Source of the DNA: Holosporaceae bacterium UBA7879
GTDB lineage: Bacteria > Pseudomonadota > Alphaproteobacteria > UBA7879
DNA length: 62,974 bases
Assembly: GCA_002500565.1 (NCBI GenBank)
Contig: DLRV01000016.1
Location: forward strand, 1 to 62,974
Direction: 5' to 3'
Position 1 is the stretch's first letter; each line of letters starts with the position of its first letter. The position numbers and the translations under genes are program-made. A model generated the notes under the pieces. It saw only the letters and a list, made by a program, of their open reading frames with translations, ran no database searches and was not told the DNA's origin. This document shows, one piece after another, positions 38,780 to 47,167 of this stretch.

Positions 38780-39507
38780 AAGAACTCCTAATCTAAATTT
38801 TTTATCAACTGGTAAGCTTAAGAAAAGTTAATCGAGCATAAGGCAGCTGATCGGTTAAACGTATAATAAATTGCGCAGGACCCAAGAAGTTTTCAAATGG
38901 CACATAGCCAACCGGTGAATCATAGCGACTATCGCCTGAATGATTACGATTATCTCCCACCATAAAATAGTGCCCTTCAGGCACATAGTAAGGGCCCATA
39001 TTATCGGATGGCAAATTCCCCTCAGGGTCATCACGCAAAATCTTATGTTTGTGCCCATTTGGTAAAGTCTCAATATATTGCGGCCTTTTTCGGGTTAAAA
39101 GAATAGTTTTCTCAGTGTAATCCTCGACTCTTTCAAGGAGTAATGGATTATCGTTAATGTAAATAACACCTTTTATGAATTCAATTTTTTCACCCGGAAA
39201 ACCTATGACGCGCTTGATATATAGCACAGGAACACCCTTACCAATAAAGCTAACGACATCACCTCTTTTAGGTTGTTTAATATAATTAATTTTATTAATA
39301 AACCCATAATCTCCCACACTAAATGTAGGATACATAGCTGGTGAATTAACAACAAAAGGCTCCGCAATAAACATGCGGAACAATAAAATAGGTATCTGTA
39401 CATTTAAGGAGGAAAGTAACATCAATGACACCTAATCTAAATTTTTATCAACTTGTTGAAATAATAACAGTTGCTTGCGCATACGGCGGCTCGTCCGTCA
39501 ACGTTAT
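38126..39507. repeat. Tandem duplication (units ~38126-38864 and ~38865-39507) spanning the acpS 3' end, the spacer and most of lepB
   Basis: CCTAATCTAAATTTTT(T)ATCAACT at 38787-38810 and 39431-39453; near-identical lepB 3' halves; colinear acpS-tail codons. Confidence 0.85.
38805..39422 (-). CDS. Signal peptidase I paralog with catalytic Ser->Ala and an AcpS-derived C-terminus
   Basis: Box B NSPAMYPTF, YIKRVIG, GDNRNHSGDSRY; tail IRLTDQLPYARLTFLKLTS aligns to the AcpS tail; ATG 39422 is equivalent to the lepB start. Confidence 0.85.
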   Translation of the reverse strand: MLLSSLNVQIPILLFRMFIAEPFVVNSPAMYPTFSVGDYGFINKINYIKQPKRGDVVSFIGKGVPVLYIKRVIGFPGEKIEFIKGVIYINDNPLLLERVEDYTEKTILLTRKRPQYIETLPNGHKHKILRDDPEGNLPSDNMGPYYVPEGHYFMVGDNRNHSGDSRYDSPVGYVPFENFLGPAQFIIRLTDQLPYARLTFLKLTS

Positions 39508-39846
39508 AGCAATATCTGTTTTTTTGTTATCTACATTTAAAGACGATAAAATATCAATAGCCGCCCCCTTCAACACAACTTTAGGACGCCCATTTTTATA
39601 ATTAAGGATCTCTATGTCCTTAAAAGATAAACCATCACTAAACCCTGTGCCCAGGGCTTTTGCCACGGCTTCTTTCCCTGCAAACCGTTTAGCAACATAA
39701 GGGATTTTATTTTTTTCAGATAACTCGCTCAAGCAAGCTTGCTCAGCGGGGGTTAAGATTCGGTCATAAAAACGTTGGCCATATTCATTGACCATACGCT
39801 CAATACGTTCCAGGTTAACCAAATCGCTGCCAATGCCTAATATCAT
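39448..39846 (-). CDS. acpS: Holo-ACP synthase
   Basis: MILGIGSDLV, AKRFAGKEAVAKALGTG, GRP, ITLTDEPPYAQA. Confidence 0.96.
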   Translation of the reverse strand: MILGIGSDLVNLERIERMVNEYGQRFYDRILTPAEQACLSELSEKNKIPYVAKRFAGKEAVAKALGTGFSDGLSFKDIEILNYKNGRPKVVLKGAAIDILSSLNVDNKKTDIAITLTDEPPYAQATVIISTS

Positions 39847-39855
39847 GATAAAATT

Positions 39856-42024
39856 CTATTTCCTCTCAATATAACTAACCAACGTTGTCGCACGCAGAGA
39901 TGCCATAATAGAGTTTAAATGCTCTACATTTTGTACATTAATATCAACAAGCAAGTCAAAGAAATCATTCATTCGGCGCAGAATTTTCAAGTTCACAATA
40001 TTTCCACTTGCATGGCCAATTATGTTTGATACAGAGCCCAAAGCCCCAGGTGCGTTTTTCAAAACCATAAACACTCGTCCAATGAACATGTCCATTTCCG
40101 TTTCGTCCCAGGCAACATCAATCAACCTTTCAGGCTTATTTTCATAATGTTTTAGGTTGTTGCATTCCAATGTATGAATAGTAATCCCCTTACCCGAAAC
40201 AACAGCGCCAATTATTTTATCCCCAGGCAGTGGATGGCAACACGATCCATAACGAATTGCCATTCCTGGAATAAGGCCTTTAATCGCCAGCGCCTGCGGA
40301 TCTTTTTCTTTCGAACTGGACTTCTGATTTTTTTTAATCGAACGCGGCAATTTAAGGACAGGATCTTCCTCGGCTGGATCAGCTGGCTGAGCATTTATAA
40401 ATTGGTCTTTATGCGCAAGCTTTATTACTTCTCGTGCAGTTAAATCACCACTTCCCAGCAAAACACATAATTCATCATGATTGCTACATTTGAACCGTTC
40501 TAAATGTGCTGAAAAATCTTTTGGCTTATACGTCACACCAATTTGCTGACAAGCTTTTTTTAAGATCGCTGCACCCAGCTCTTTAAATTCATCTTGCTGC
40601 TTTGAACGTATGTAACGCCGGATACTGGCTCGGGCTTTACCGGTTACAACAAACCGCTCCCATGTTGGCGAAGGCTCATGGTGCTGCGAAGTAATAATCT
40701 CAACCTGATCTCCATTGCCTAAGACAGTCCGCAAGGGCATCATTTTGTTATTCACCTTGGCACCAATACACCGATTACCAACCTCAGAATGCACAGCATA
40801 GGCAAAATCAATACAGGTTGATCCTTTGGGAAGACTAATCAAATCGCCCTTTGTCGTGAAGCAAAAAACTTGATCTTGAAACATTTCAAGCTTTGTATGC
40901 TCTAGGAATTCTTCTGGGTTATTAGCATTTTCTAAAATATCCAACAGTCCACGCAGCCACTTATATTGCCGCCCCTCTTTTAGATGGGCATTTTGCTTAT
41001 ACTCCCAGTGCGCTGCCACACCATATTCAGCAATTTTATGCATTTCATGGGTTCTGATTTGCACCTCAATACGCTTATTTTCAAAGTAAACTGCTGTATG
41101 TAAGGATTGATAATGGTTAGGCTTCGGCATACTAACGTAATCCTTTAATGCTCCAGGCACCACCACATACTCATTATGGATGGCGCCAAGCGCTTGATAA
41201 CAATCAGCAACCGATGACACCACAACGCGAAAGGCAATCACATCGGAAATTTGTTCAAAAAGAATATTTTTCTTTTTCATCTTCCGCCAAATAGAATAAG
41301 GCGTTTTCAAGCGACCATGCACTTCTGCAGACAACCCTGTTTCAACCAAGCTTTCACGCAGCTTGTTAACAATGTTCTCAATCTGCGTAATTCCCTCACG
41401 CTCAATGGTATCCAATCGTAAGCGAATTGATTCATAGGCTTGTGGATATAGCTCTGCAAAGGCCAGGTCTTGCAGTTCATCTTGCAAGTTACGCATACCA
41501 ATTCGTTCCGCCAAGGGCGCATATATTTCCATTGTTTCAACAGAAACCCGGCGTCTTTTTTCCTCTGATTTTACATGATAGAGGGTTTGCATATTATGCA
41601 GGCGATCAACAAGCTTTATCAATAAAACCCGCATATCTTCCGACATGGCAATCACAAGTTTACGAAAGTTCTCTGCTTGTTTCGTATGGTGGGAAGACAG
41701 TTCAATTTTGGTAAGCTTGGTTACGCCCTGAACCAAATAGGCAATCTCATCTGTGAAATTTTTTTTAATATCATTCAAAGTAACATTTGTATCTTCCACC
41801 GTATCATGCAGAAGCCCCGTAATGACCGAAGACATATCTAAACGCATATCTGCCAACAGACAGGCAACAGCAACAGGATGAATAATATATCGATCACCAG
41901 ACTTTCGGGTTTGCTCGGCATGTGCTTCTTCCGCAAACTTATAAGCCTTCATAATCATCTGCTGCTCTGCCTCTGCATAATGAGATGTTTTATTTCGTAG
42001 GGCAGATTCAAGATAACTATTCAT
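39856..42024 (-). CDS. spoT: Long bifunctional (p)ppGpp synthetase/hydrolase (RSH)
   Basis: HD hydrolase LLHDTVEDT, synthetase GRLKTPYSIW/YQSLHT/EVQIRT, TGS DFAYAVHS, CC region, ACT domain. Confidence 0.96.
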   Translation of the reverse strand: MNSYLESALRNKTSHYAEAEQQMIMKAYKFAEEAHAEQTRKSGDRYIIHPVAVACLLADMRLDMSSVITGLLHDTVEDTNVTLNDIKKNFTDEIAYLVQGVTKLTKIELSSHHTKQAENFRKLVIAMSEDMRVLLIKLVDRLHNMQTLYHVKSEEKRRRVSVETMEIYAPLAERIGMRNLQDELQDLAFAELYPQAYESIRLRLDTIEREGITQIENIVNKLRESLVETGLSAEVHGRLKTPYSIWRKMKKKNILFEQISDVIAFRVVVSSVADCYQALGAIHNEYVVVPGALKDYVSMPKPNHYQSLHTAVYFENKRIEVQIRTHEMHKIAEYGVAAHWEYKQNAHLKEGRQYKWLRGLLDILENANNPEEFLEHTKLEMFQDQVFCFTTKGDLISLPKGSTCIDFAYAVHSEVGNRCIGAKVNNKMMPLRTVLGNGDQVEIITSQHHEPSPTWERFVVTGKARASIRRYIRSKQQDEFKELGAAILKKACQQIGVTYKPKDFSAHLERFKCSNHDELCVLLGSGDLTAREVIKLAHKDQFINAQPADPAEEDPVLKLPRSIKKNQKSSSKEKDPQALAIKGLIPGMAIRYGSCCHPLPGDKIIGAVVSGKGITIHTLECNNLKHYENKPERLIDVAWDETEMDMFIGRVFMVLKNAPGALGSVSNIIGHASGNIVNLKILRRMNDFFDLLVDINVQNVEHLNSIMASLRATTLVSYIERK

Positions 42025-42244
42025 AAGATAAGTGAGTTTTTAATTTATCATACAGAGATGTGGTGGCCTTAGAAACCAAAAACACTTGTTATCAAAAGCG
42101 AGTAATTAACAAATTCTCAAAAGATGAAAGATATGTTTTTTAATATTTAATCGTAAAAATAGAAAATTTGTCTGAATATATTCTTGAAAAAATAGAACTC
42201 CTCATATATAAACCAGAAAAAATATAATAAATACTAAGGGGTAT

Positions 42245-42706
42245 ATGATGAATGATTCTATGAACAAGGGTATTACGCACGCGAATAGCGATGTAAACTT
42301 AAAAGAAAACACGATCCGCTACGCTGTCGATATTGTCAGTGCCTACATTAAAAATAACGAAGTAAGCCAAGAACAACTCCCCGCTCTTTTGTCCTCAACA
42401 TACAAAGCTGTTGCCAACCTTAGAAACAATACAACGCATGTACAATCAAATCTGGTCCCTGCTGTGCCTATCGAAGAATCAATTACCGACGATCACATCA
42501 TTTGCCTTGAAGACGGTAAAAAACTTAAAATGATCAAGCGTCATTTGCGCGCTGTTTATGGCATGTCTGTGGAAGAATACCGCAAGCGCTGGGGCTTGCC
42601 AACAGACTACCCAACTGTTGCGCCAAACTATGCAGAAAAAAGAAGCAAGCTTGCAAAAGTAATTGGCCTTGGTGTTAATGGCCGCCGCAAGAAAGCTGCC
42701 TCCTAA
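42245..42706 (+). CDS. mucR: MucR/Ros family zinc-finger regulator
   Basis: DIVSAY, PAVPIEESITDDHIICLEDGKKLKMIKRHL, YRKRWGLPTDYPTVAPNYA. Confidence 0.95.
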   Translation: MMNDSMNKGITHANSDVNLKENTIRYAVDIVSAYIKNNEVSQEQLPALLSSTYKAVANLRNNTTHVQSNLVPAVPIEESITDDHIICLEDGKKLKMIKRHLRAVYGMSVEEYRKRWGLPTDYPTVAPNYAEKRSKLAKVIGLGVNGRRKKAAS

Positions 42707-42735
42707 ATACCATTGTCTATTCTAGACATTTCAAG

Positions 42736-42779
42736 AAAAAACCTGTATATGACACCTGGTTGTTAATGCAGGTTTTTTT
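42736..42779 (+). terminator. Probable terminator after mucR, overlapping the miaB promoter
   Basis: AAAAAACCTGTAT...ATGCAGGTTTTTTT inverted repeat; TAGACA-N17-TATATG at 42723-42751. Confidence 0.5.
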
Positions 42780-44144
42780 ATGACGCAGAAACGTCTTTTT
42801 ATTAAAACATATGGATGTCAGATGAATGTGTATGACTCTGACAAAATGGCAGATGTCTTACGTCCGCATGGCTATGAACTTGCCAATACACCAGAAAACA
42901 GTGACATGATCATTCTTAATACCTGTCACATCCGTGAGAAAGCTGCTGAAAAGGTTTTCTCAGAATTGGGCCGCCTTAAAGTTTTTAAAGATCTCAAAAA
43001 ACAGAACGGCCAACACATGATTATTGCTGTGGCTGGCTGCGTTGCTCAAGCTGAAGGGGCTGAGATTATTAGGCGCGCACCCTATGTTGATATTGTTTTA
43101 GGGCCTCAAACTTATCACCGCCTCCCCGAAATGATTGAACGTGCCGAACGGAATAGTGTTCGCCCCAAAGGTAAAAAACGAGAGAAAATCGTTGAGGTTG
43201 ATTTCCCCCATGAATCAAAGTTTGATGAAATCGCCCTTCCTGAGGTTATAGAGAGCACCACAGCCTTCCTTACCATCCAAGAAGGGTGTGATAAATTTTG
43301 CACCTTTTGTTGTGTTCCTTACACACGTGGCGCTGAATTTTCCCGGTCTGTCCAAGAAGTGCTCAGCGAAGCAAAACATTTGGTTAAAGCAGGCGTACGC
43401 GAGATTACGCTTCTTGGCCAAAATGTTACGGCCTATCATGGTGTTGCGCCCAATGGCAAGGGCGAATGGACCATGGCGCAGCTGATTCAAGAAATTGCAA
43501 CGATTGATGGATTGGATCGCATTCGTTATACAACATCGCACCCACGCGATATGACAAAAGAACTTATCCAGGTACATGGATCCTGTGAGAAACTGATGCC
43601 ATATTTGCACCTTCCTGTTCAATCAGGCTCAGACTACATTTTAAAAACCATGAATCGCCAGCACACCCGTGAACGATACTTTGAAATCATTGAAGAGCTC
43701 CGTGCAGCACGTCCTGACCTCTCATTGTCATCTGATTTCATCGTCGGCTTTCCCGGCGAAAAGGATGTTGATTTCCAACAAACCATGGATCTTGTCGAGC
43801 GCGTTACGTATGCTCAGGCTTACTCTTTCAAATTCAGTCCACGTCCCGGAACGCCGGCAAGTGTTTATCCAGACTCAGTACCAGAACACGTTAAAGATGA
43901 ACGTTTAGCCGCCCTTAAAGCCTTATTAAGGGATCAGCAAACAGCTTTTAATCAATCAAAAATTGGTCAAACCATGCCTGTGCTCATTGAAAGAAAAGGC
44001 CGTCACAAAGACCAATTTGTTGGCCGTTCCCCTTATCTTCAAGGAGTTCACATCACAAATCCAGCTCTTGAAATTGGGCAGATATACGATGTTACAATCA
44101 CAGATAGTACTTTAAACAGTTTAACGGCTATGTATAATAATTAA
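42780..44144 (+). CDS. miaB: tRNA-2-methylthio-N6-dimethylallyladenosine synthase
   Basis: TYGCQMNVYDS, NTCHIREKA, GCVAQ, radical SAM CDKFCTFC, SDFIVGFPGE, TRAM domain. Confidence 0.98.
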   Translation: MTQKRLFIKTYGCQMNVYDSDKMADVLRPHGYELANTPENSDMIILNTCHIREKAAEKVFSELGRLKVFKDLKKQNGQHMIIAVAGCVAQAEGAEIIRRAPYVDIVLGPQTYHRLPEMIERAERNSVRPKGKKREKIVEVDFPHESKFDEIALPEVIESTTAFLTIQEGCDKFCTFCCVPYTRGAEFSRSVQEVLSEAKHLVKAGVREITLLGQNVTAYHGVAPNGKGEWTMAQLIQEIATIDGLDRIRYTTSHPRDMTKELIQVHGSCEKLMPYLHLPVQSGSDYILKTMNRQHTRERYFEIIEELRAARPDLSLSSDFIVGFPGEKDVDFQQTMDLVERVTYAQAYSFKFSPRPGTPASVYPDSVPEHVKDERLAALKALLRDQQTAFNQSKIGQTMPVLIERKGRHKDQFVGRSPYLQGVHITNPALEIGQIYDVTITDSTLNSLTAMYNN

Positions 44145-44156
44145 AAAAGTAGGTGC

Positions 44157-45083
44157 ATGATCGATCGTTCCATTCTTAAGTTTGACAACAATCGCCTTCT
44201 TTCTGAAATTGTTGGCCCCAACAATAAAAACCTAAAGTATATCGAAAAACATTATCAGATACCTTTATCGCACAAGGGCAATCAAATCGAGTTCCAAGCC
44301 ACGCCCGAGATTACAGAAAAAATCAGCAAACTATTACACGAACTCTACCACCATGCAGAGAAAGGCCACCTCATTACAAACCGAGACATTGATGTATACG
44401 CCAAATTAAGCAGTGGTGAAGATGGTCGAACGATTAAAAATATTTACTTTCAAACCCCCAAACTTAAAATTTTTCCTAAAACCCCACAGCAAAAAAAATA
44501 TATTGAACTGATCAAAAGCAAGAATATGGTCTTTTGCGCTGGCCCTGCTGGTACGGGCAAAACTTTCTTAGCTGTAGCCGCGGCTGTTTCAGCTTTAAAA
44601 AAGAAAGAAGTTGATCGTATCATCCTATCGCGTCCGGCTGTTGAAGCGGGTGAGAAAATCGGCTTCTTGCCTGGAGATATGAAAGAAAAACTCGATCCTT
44701 ATTTCCGCCCAATTTACGACTCACTGCAGGCAATGCTTGATGCTGATCGGCTTAAGCATCATCTTGAAACAGGTACCATCGAAATTGCACCGCTGGCATT
44801 TATGCGTGGACGCACCCTTGCCAATGCTTTTATTATTCTTGATGAAGCTCAAAATACAACTGTGGGTCAAATGAAAATGTTCCTCACAAGGCTTGGAGAG
44901 AACAGCCACATGATCATTACCGGCGATCCCACACAAAATGATCTTATGAAGCATGAAAAGTCTGGCTTTGAAGATGCAATTAAGCGTCTAAAAAACATCT
45001 CTAAGATTGGCTTTATACCCCTCTCATCTGCCGATATTGTGCGCCATCTTTTGGTTGCAGATATCATTGAGGCCTACAGTTAA
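44157..45083 (+). CDS. phoH: PhoH family ATPase
   Basis: GPAGTGKT, RPAVEAGEKIGFLPG, APLAFMRGRTL, DEAQN. Confidence 0.95.
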   Translation: MIDRSILKFDNNRLLSEIVGPNNKNLKYIEKHYQIPLSHKGNQIEFQATPEITEKISKLLHELYHHAEKGHLITNRDIDVYAKLSSGEDGRTIKNIYFQTPKLKIFPKTPQQKKYIELIKSKNMVFCAGPAGTGKTFLAVAAAVSALKKKEVDRIILSRPAVEAGEKIGFLPGDMKEKLDPYFRPIYDSLQAMLDADRLKHHLETGTIEIAPLAFMRGRTLANAFIILDEAQNTTVGQMKMFLTRLGENSHMIITGDPTQNDLMKHEKSGFEDAIKRLKNISKIGFIPLSSADIVRHLLVADIIEAYS

Positions 45084-45093
45084 ATTATCAACC

Positions 45094-45588
45094 ATGAATA
45101 ACAATCTCATACAAACAATCAATGATCCCCGCTGGAACAAACTTTTAGAAACATCAGACGACATCTTACTAGACATCTACTGCTTTATTCTAGCTGAGCA
45201 CGGCATTGATTCGACAAAAACAGAGGTATCTCTTCTCTTTACCAATGATCATGAAATCCAACAATTTAACCATCAATATCGCAATAAAAACAAGCCGACC
45301 GACGTTCTCTCATTCCAGCAGTTTGATGATCTGGACTCTATTCAAGATGCTTTAACGAAGCACCCCATTTCACTTGGTGATATTATCCTGTCATTCGATA
45401 CCATGATCAAAGATGCCGAAACACAAAACAAATCCCACCAAGATCATTTGATCCATCTTTTTGTTCATGGCCTTTTGCATTTATTAGGCTATGATCACGA
45501 ATTAACCGAAGAGGCTGAAGTTATGGAGGCCTATGAAATAAAATTCCTTGCTCAGTACAATATCGCTGATCCATACCAATCAGGCTAA
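45094..45588 (+). CDS. ybeY: rRNA maturation endoribonuclease YbeY
   Basis: YRNKNKPTDVLSF, LGDI, HLFVHGLLHLLGYDH; ATG at 45094. Confidence 0.95.
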   Translation: MNNNLIQTINDPRWNKLLETSDDILLDIYCFILAEHGIDSTKTEVSLLFTNDHEIQQFNHQYRNKNKPTDVLSFQQFDDLDSIQDALTKHPISLGDIILSFDTMIKDAETQNKSHQDHLIHLFVHGLLHLLGYDHELTEEAEVMEAYEIKFLAQYNIADPYQSG

Positions 45589-45590
45589 TC

Positions 45591-47057
45591 ATGTTCCATG
45601 CTTTCCTTTTATTCATTATTGGTGTCTTACTTGGCCTTGCCAATCTTAAGCCCACCTTCTTTATCTTAACGCCGCTTATTACTCCAAGTCTTGCTCTGCT
45701 GACCTTTCCAGATTCATCCAGTTCAAAGCTATTTAAACGGCTCAAACTGGGTTGGTCTTTTGCCTTTGGGTATTTTCTGATCAGCCTTTATTGGATTCCG
45801 CGTTGCCTGCTCGTTAACGCTGACCAATTTCTCTGGCTAATACCTCTTACCTTTTTTGGGATTCCAGCTATCTGTGCTTTGTTTATGGGGGCTTCATGGG
45901 CTCTGATTCCCTGGATGCGCTTCAGTGGCGTTCTGCGGGTTTTCCTATTTGCCCTTAGCTGGGCACTCATGGAAGCTTTTTTATATCTTCCAGTTGGTGG
46001 CTTTCCGTGGTCATTACTTGGTTATGTTTGGCACCGCAGTCTTCCCATTGCCCAAATCGCCTATCCTCTCACCATTCATGGCCTTTCGTTTTTAACCATT
46101 CTATGGGGAAGTTCTTACTATATTTGGTGCTCAAAAAGGTCTAAAACAGGCGCTATTTCGTCTCATTTAAGCCCAATTTTGATCATTTTAGTCCTGTTTT
46201 TGTCATTTTTAGGGGCTTATTTTTGGGGTTTATCACGCCTTGCAAAGCCAACTAAAATGCATGATGTGCCCAGTCTGCGCATTGTTCAACCTAACATTCC
46301 GCAAAAAATCAAGTGGCATCCAGACTATCAACAAATCAACTTAAAAAAAATATTGCGCCTCACATACGCTCCAGGCTACAACTCTGTTGATCTAATCATT
46401 TGGCCTGAGGCTGCTCTTACCTACAGACTCACGCCTTCTCTTCTTCAATTCATTACCAAACCCCTTAGCGCCCAGCAATATCTGATCACAGGTATTCTCA
46501 ATGACATTAAAGATGACCCACTAAATGTTCACAACATGCTCATTGCCCTGAATAATGAAGGCACGATTATTGATCAATACCGTAAACATCACTTGGTTCC
46601 CTTTGGTGAATATGTGCCTGCCTCAGACTTTCTCAGCAGATACTTGTCGATAAATCTACAAACCCTTGCAGGCGGCGCTATTCAAACGCTTTCAGGTTCT
46701 AAACCAGAAACCATCACACTTGGGCCCATGATAAATTTCAGTCCACAAATTTGCTTTGAAACATTATTTAGTAACCTTGTTGCCAGCAATCCAAGCAAAC
46801 CAAAATGGATTTTAAATCTAACCAATGATGCTTGGTTCGGTCGTTCAACAGGCCCGCATCAACACGTGCAGATCAGTCGCTTTCGCGCTATTCAATCTAA
46901 TCTTCCCTTGGTCCGAGCTGCCAGCACCGGGATCAGTGCGATCATCGATAATCATGGGCAGATCATTCAATCCCTCGACTCACATGTGACTGGAGTGATT
47001 GATTACAAAAAAAGACCAGATCCGAAGATCCGGTCAAGTCTAACAGGGAGGCTATGA
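45591..47057 (+). CDS. lnt: Apolipoprotein N-acyltransferase
   Basis: GFPWSLLGY, VQPNI, WPEAA (Glu), YRKHHLVPFGEY (Lys), QICFE (Cys), TNDAWFG. Confidence 0.94.
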   Translation: MFHAFLLFIIGVLLGLANLKPTFFILTPLITPSLALLTFPDSSSSKLFKRLKLGWSFAFGYFLISLYWIPRCLLVNADQFLWLIPLTFFGIPAICALFMGASWALIPWMRFSGVLRVFLFALSWALMEAFLYLPVGGFPWSLLGYVWHRSLPIAQIAYPLTIHGLSFLTILWGSSYYIWCSKRSKTGAISSHLSPILIILVLFLSFLGAYFWGLSRLAKPTKMHDVPSLRIVQPNIPQKIKWHPDYQQINLKKILRLTYAPGYNSVDLIIWPEAALTYRLTPSLLQFITKPLSAQQYLITGILNDIKDDPLNVHNMLIALNNEGTIIDQYRKHHLVPFGEYVPASDFLSRYLSINLQTLAGGAIQTLSGSKPETITLGPMINFSPQICFETLFSNLVASNPSKPKWILNLTNDAWFGRSTGPHQHVQISRFRAIQSNLPLVRAASTGISAIIDNHGQIIQSLDSHVTGVIDYKKRPDPKIRSSLTGRL

Positions 47058-47116
47058 TGAACAAAGGCTAAGTGATTAGCCTTTCTCAAAAGCAGCCATC
47101 GTTGCGATGACTACAC
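47007..47116 (-). ncRNA. Putative ~110-nt trans-acting sRNA with anti-SD motif (MmgR/suhB- or AbcR-like architecture)
   Basis: Minus strand: hairpin GUAGUCAUC/GAUGGCUGC, hairpin AAAGGCUAA/UUAGCCUUU, single-stranded CCUCCCUGUUAGACUU, terminator GACCGGAUC-UUCG-GAUCUGGUC-U7; own promoter. Confidence 0.7.
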
Positions 47117-47121
47117 CCTTG

Positions 47122-47149
47122 ATATAGGCACTGATTTTTTACTTTCAAG
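47122..47149 (-). promoter_or_regulatory. Promoter of the putative sRNA
   Basis: CTTGAA-N15-CCTATAT on the minus strand, alphaproteobacterial RpoD/RpoH-like. Confidence 0.6.
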
Positions 47150-47167
47150 TCCCTGAAGTAATTTTTT

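Noticed and set aside
38805-39431. Second lepB as an assembly artefact or decaying pseudogene
   Set aside because: The copies differ at many mostly silent sites, the frame is open and the fusion junction is in frame, which fits a real, maintained gene.
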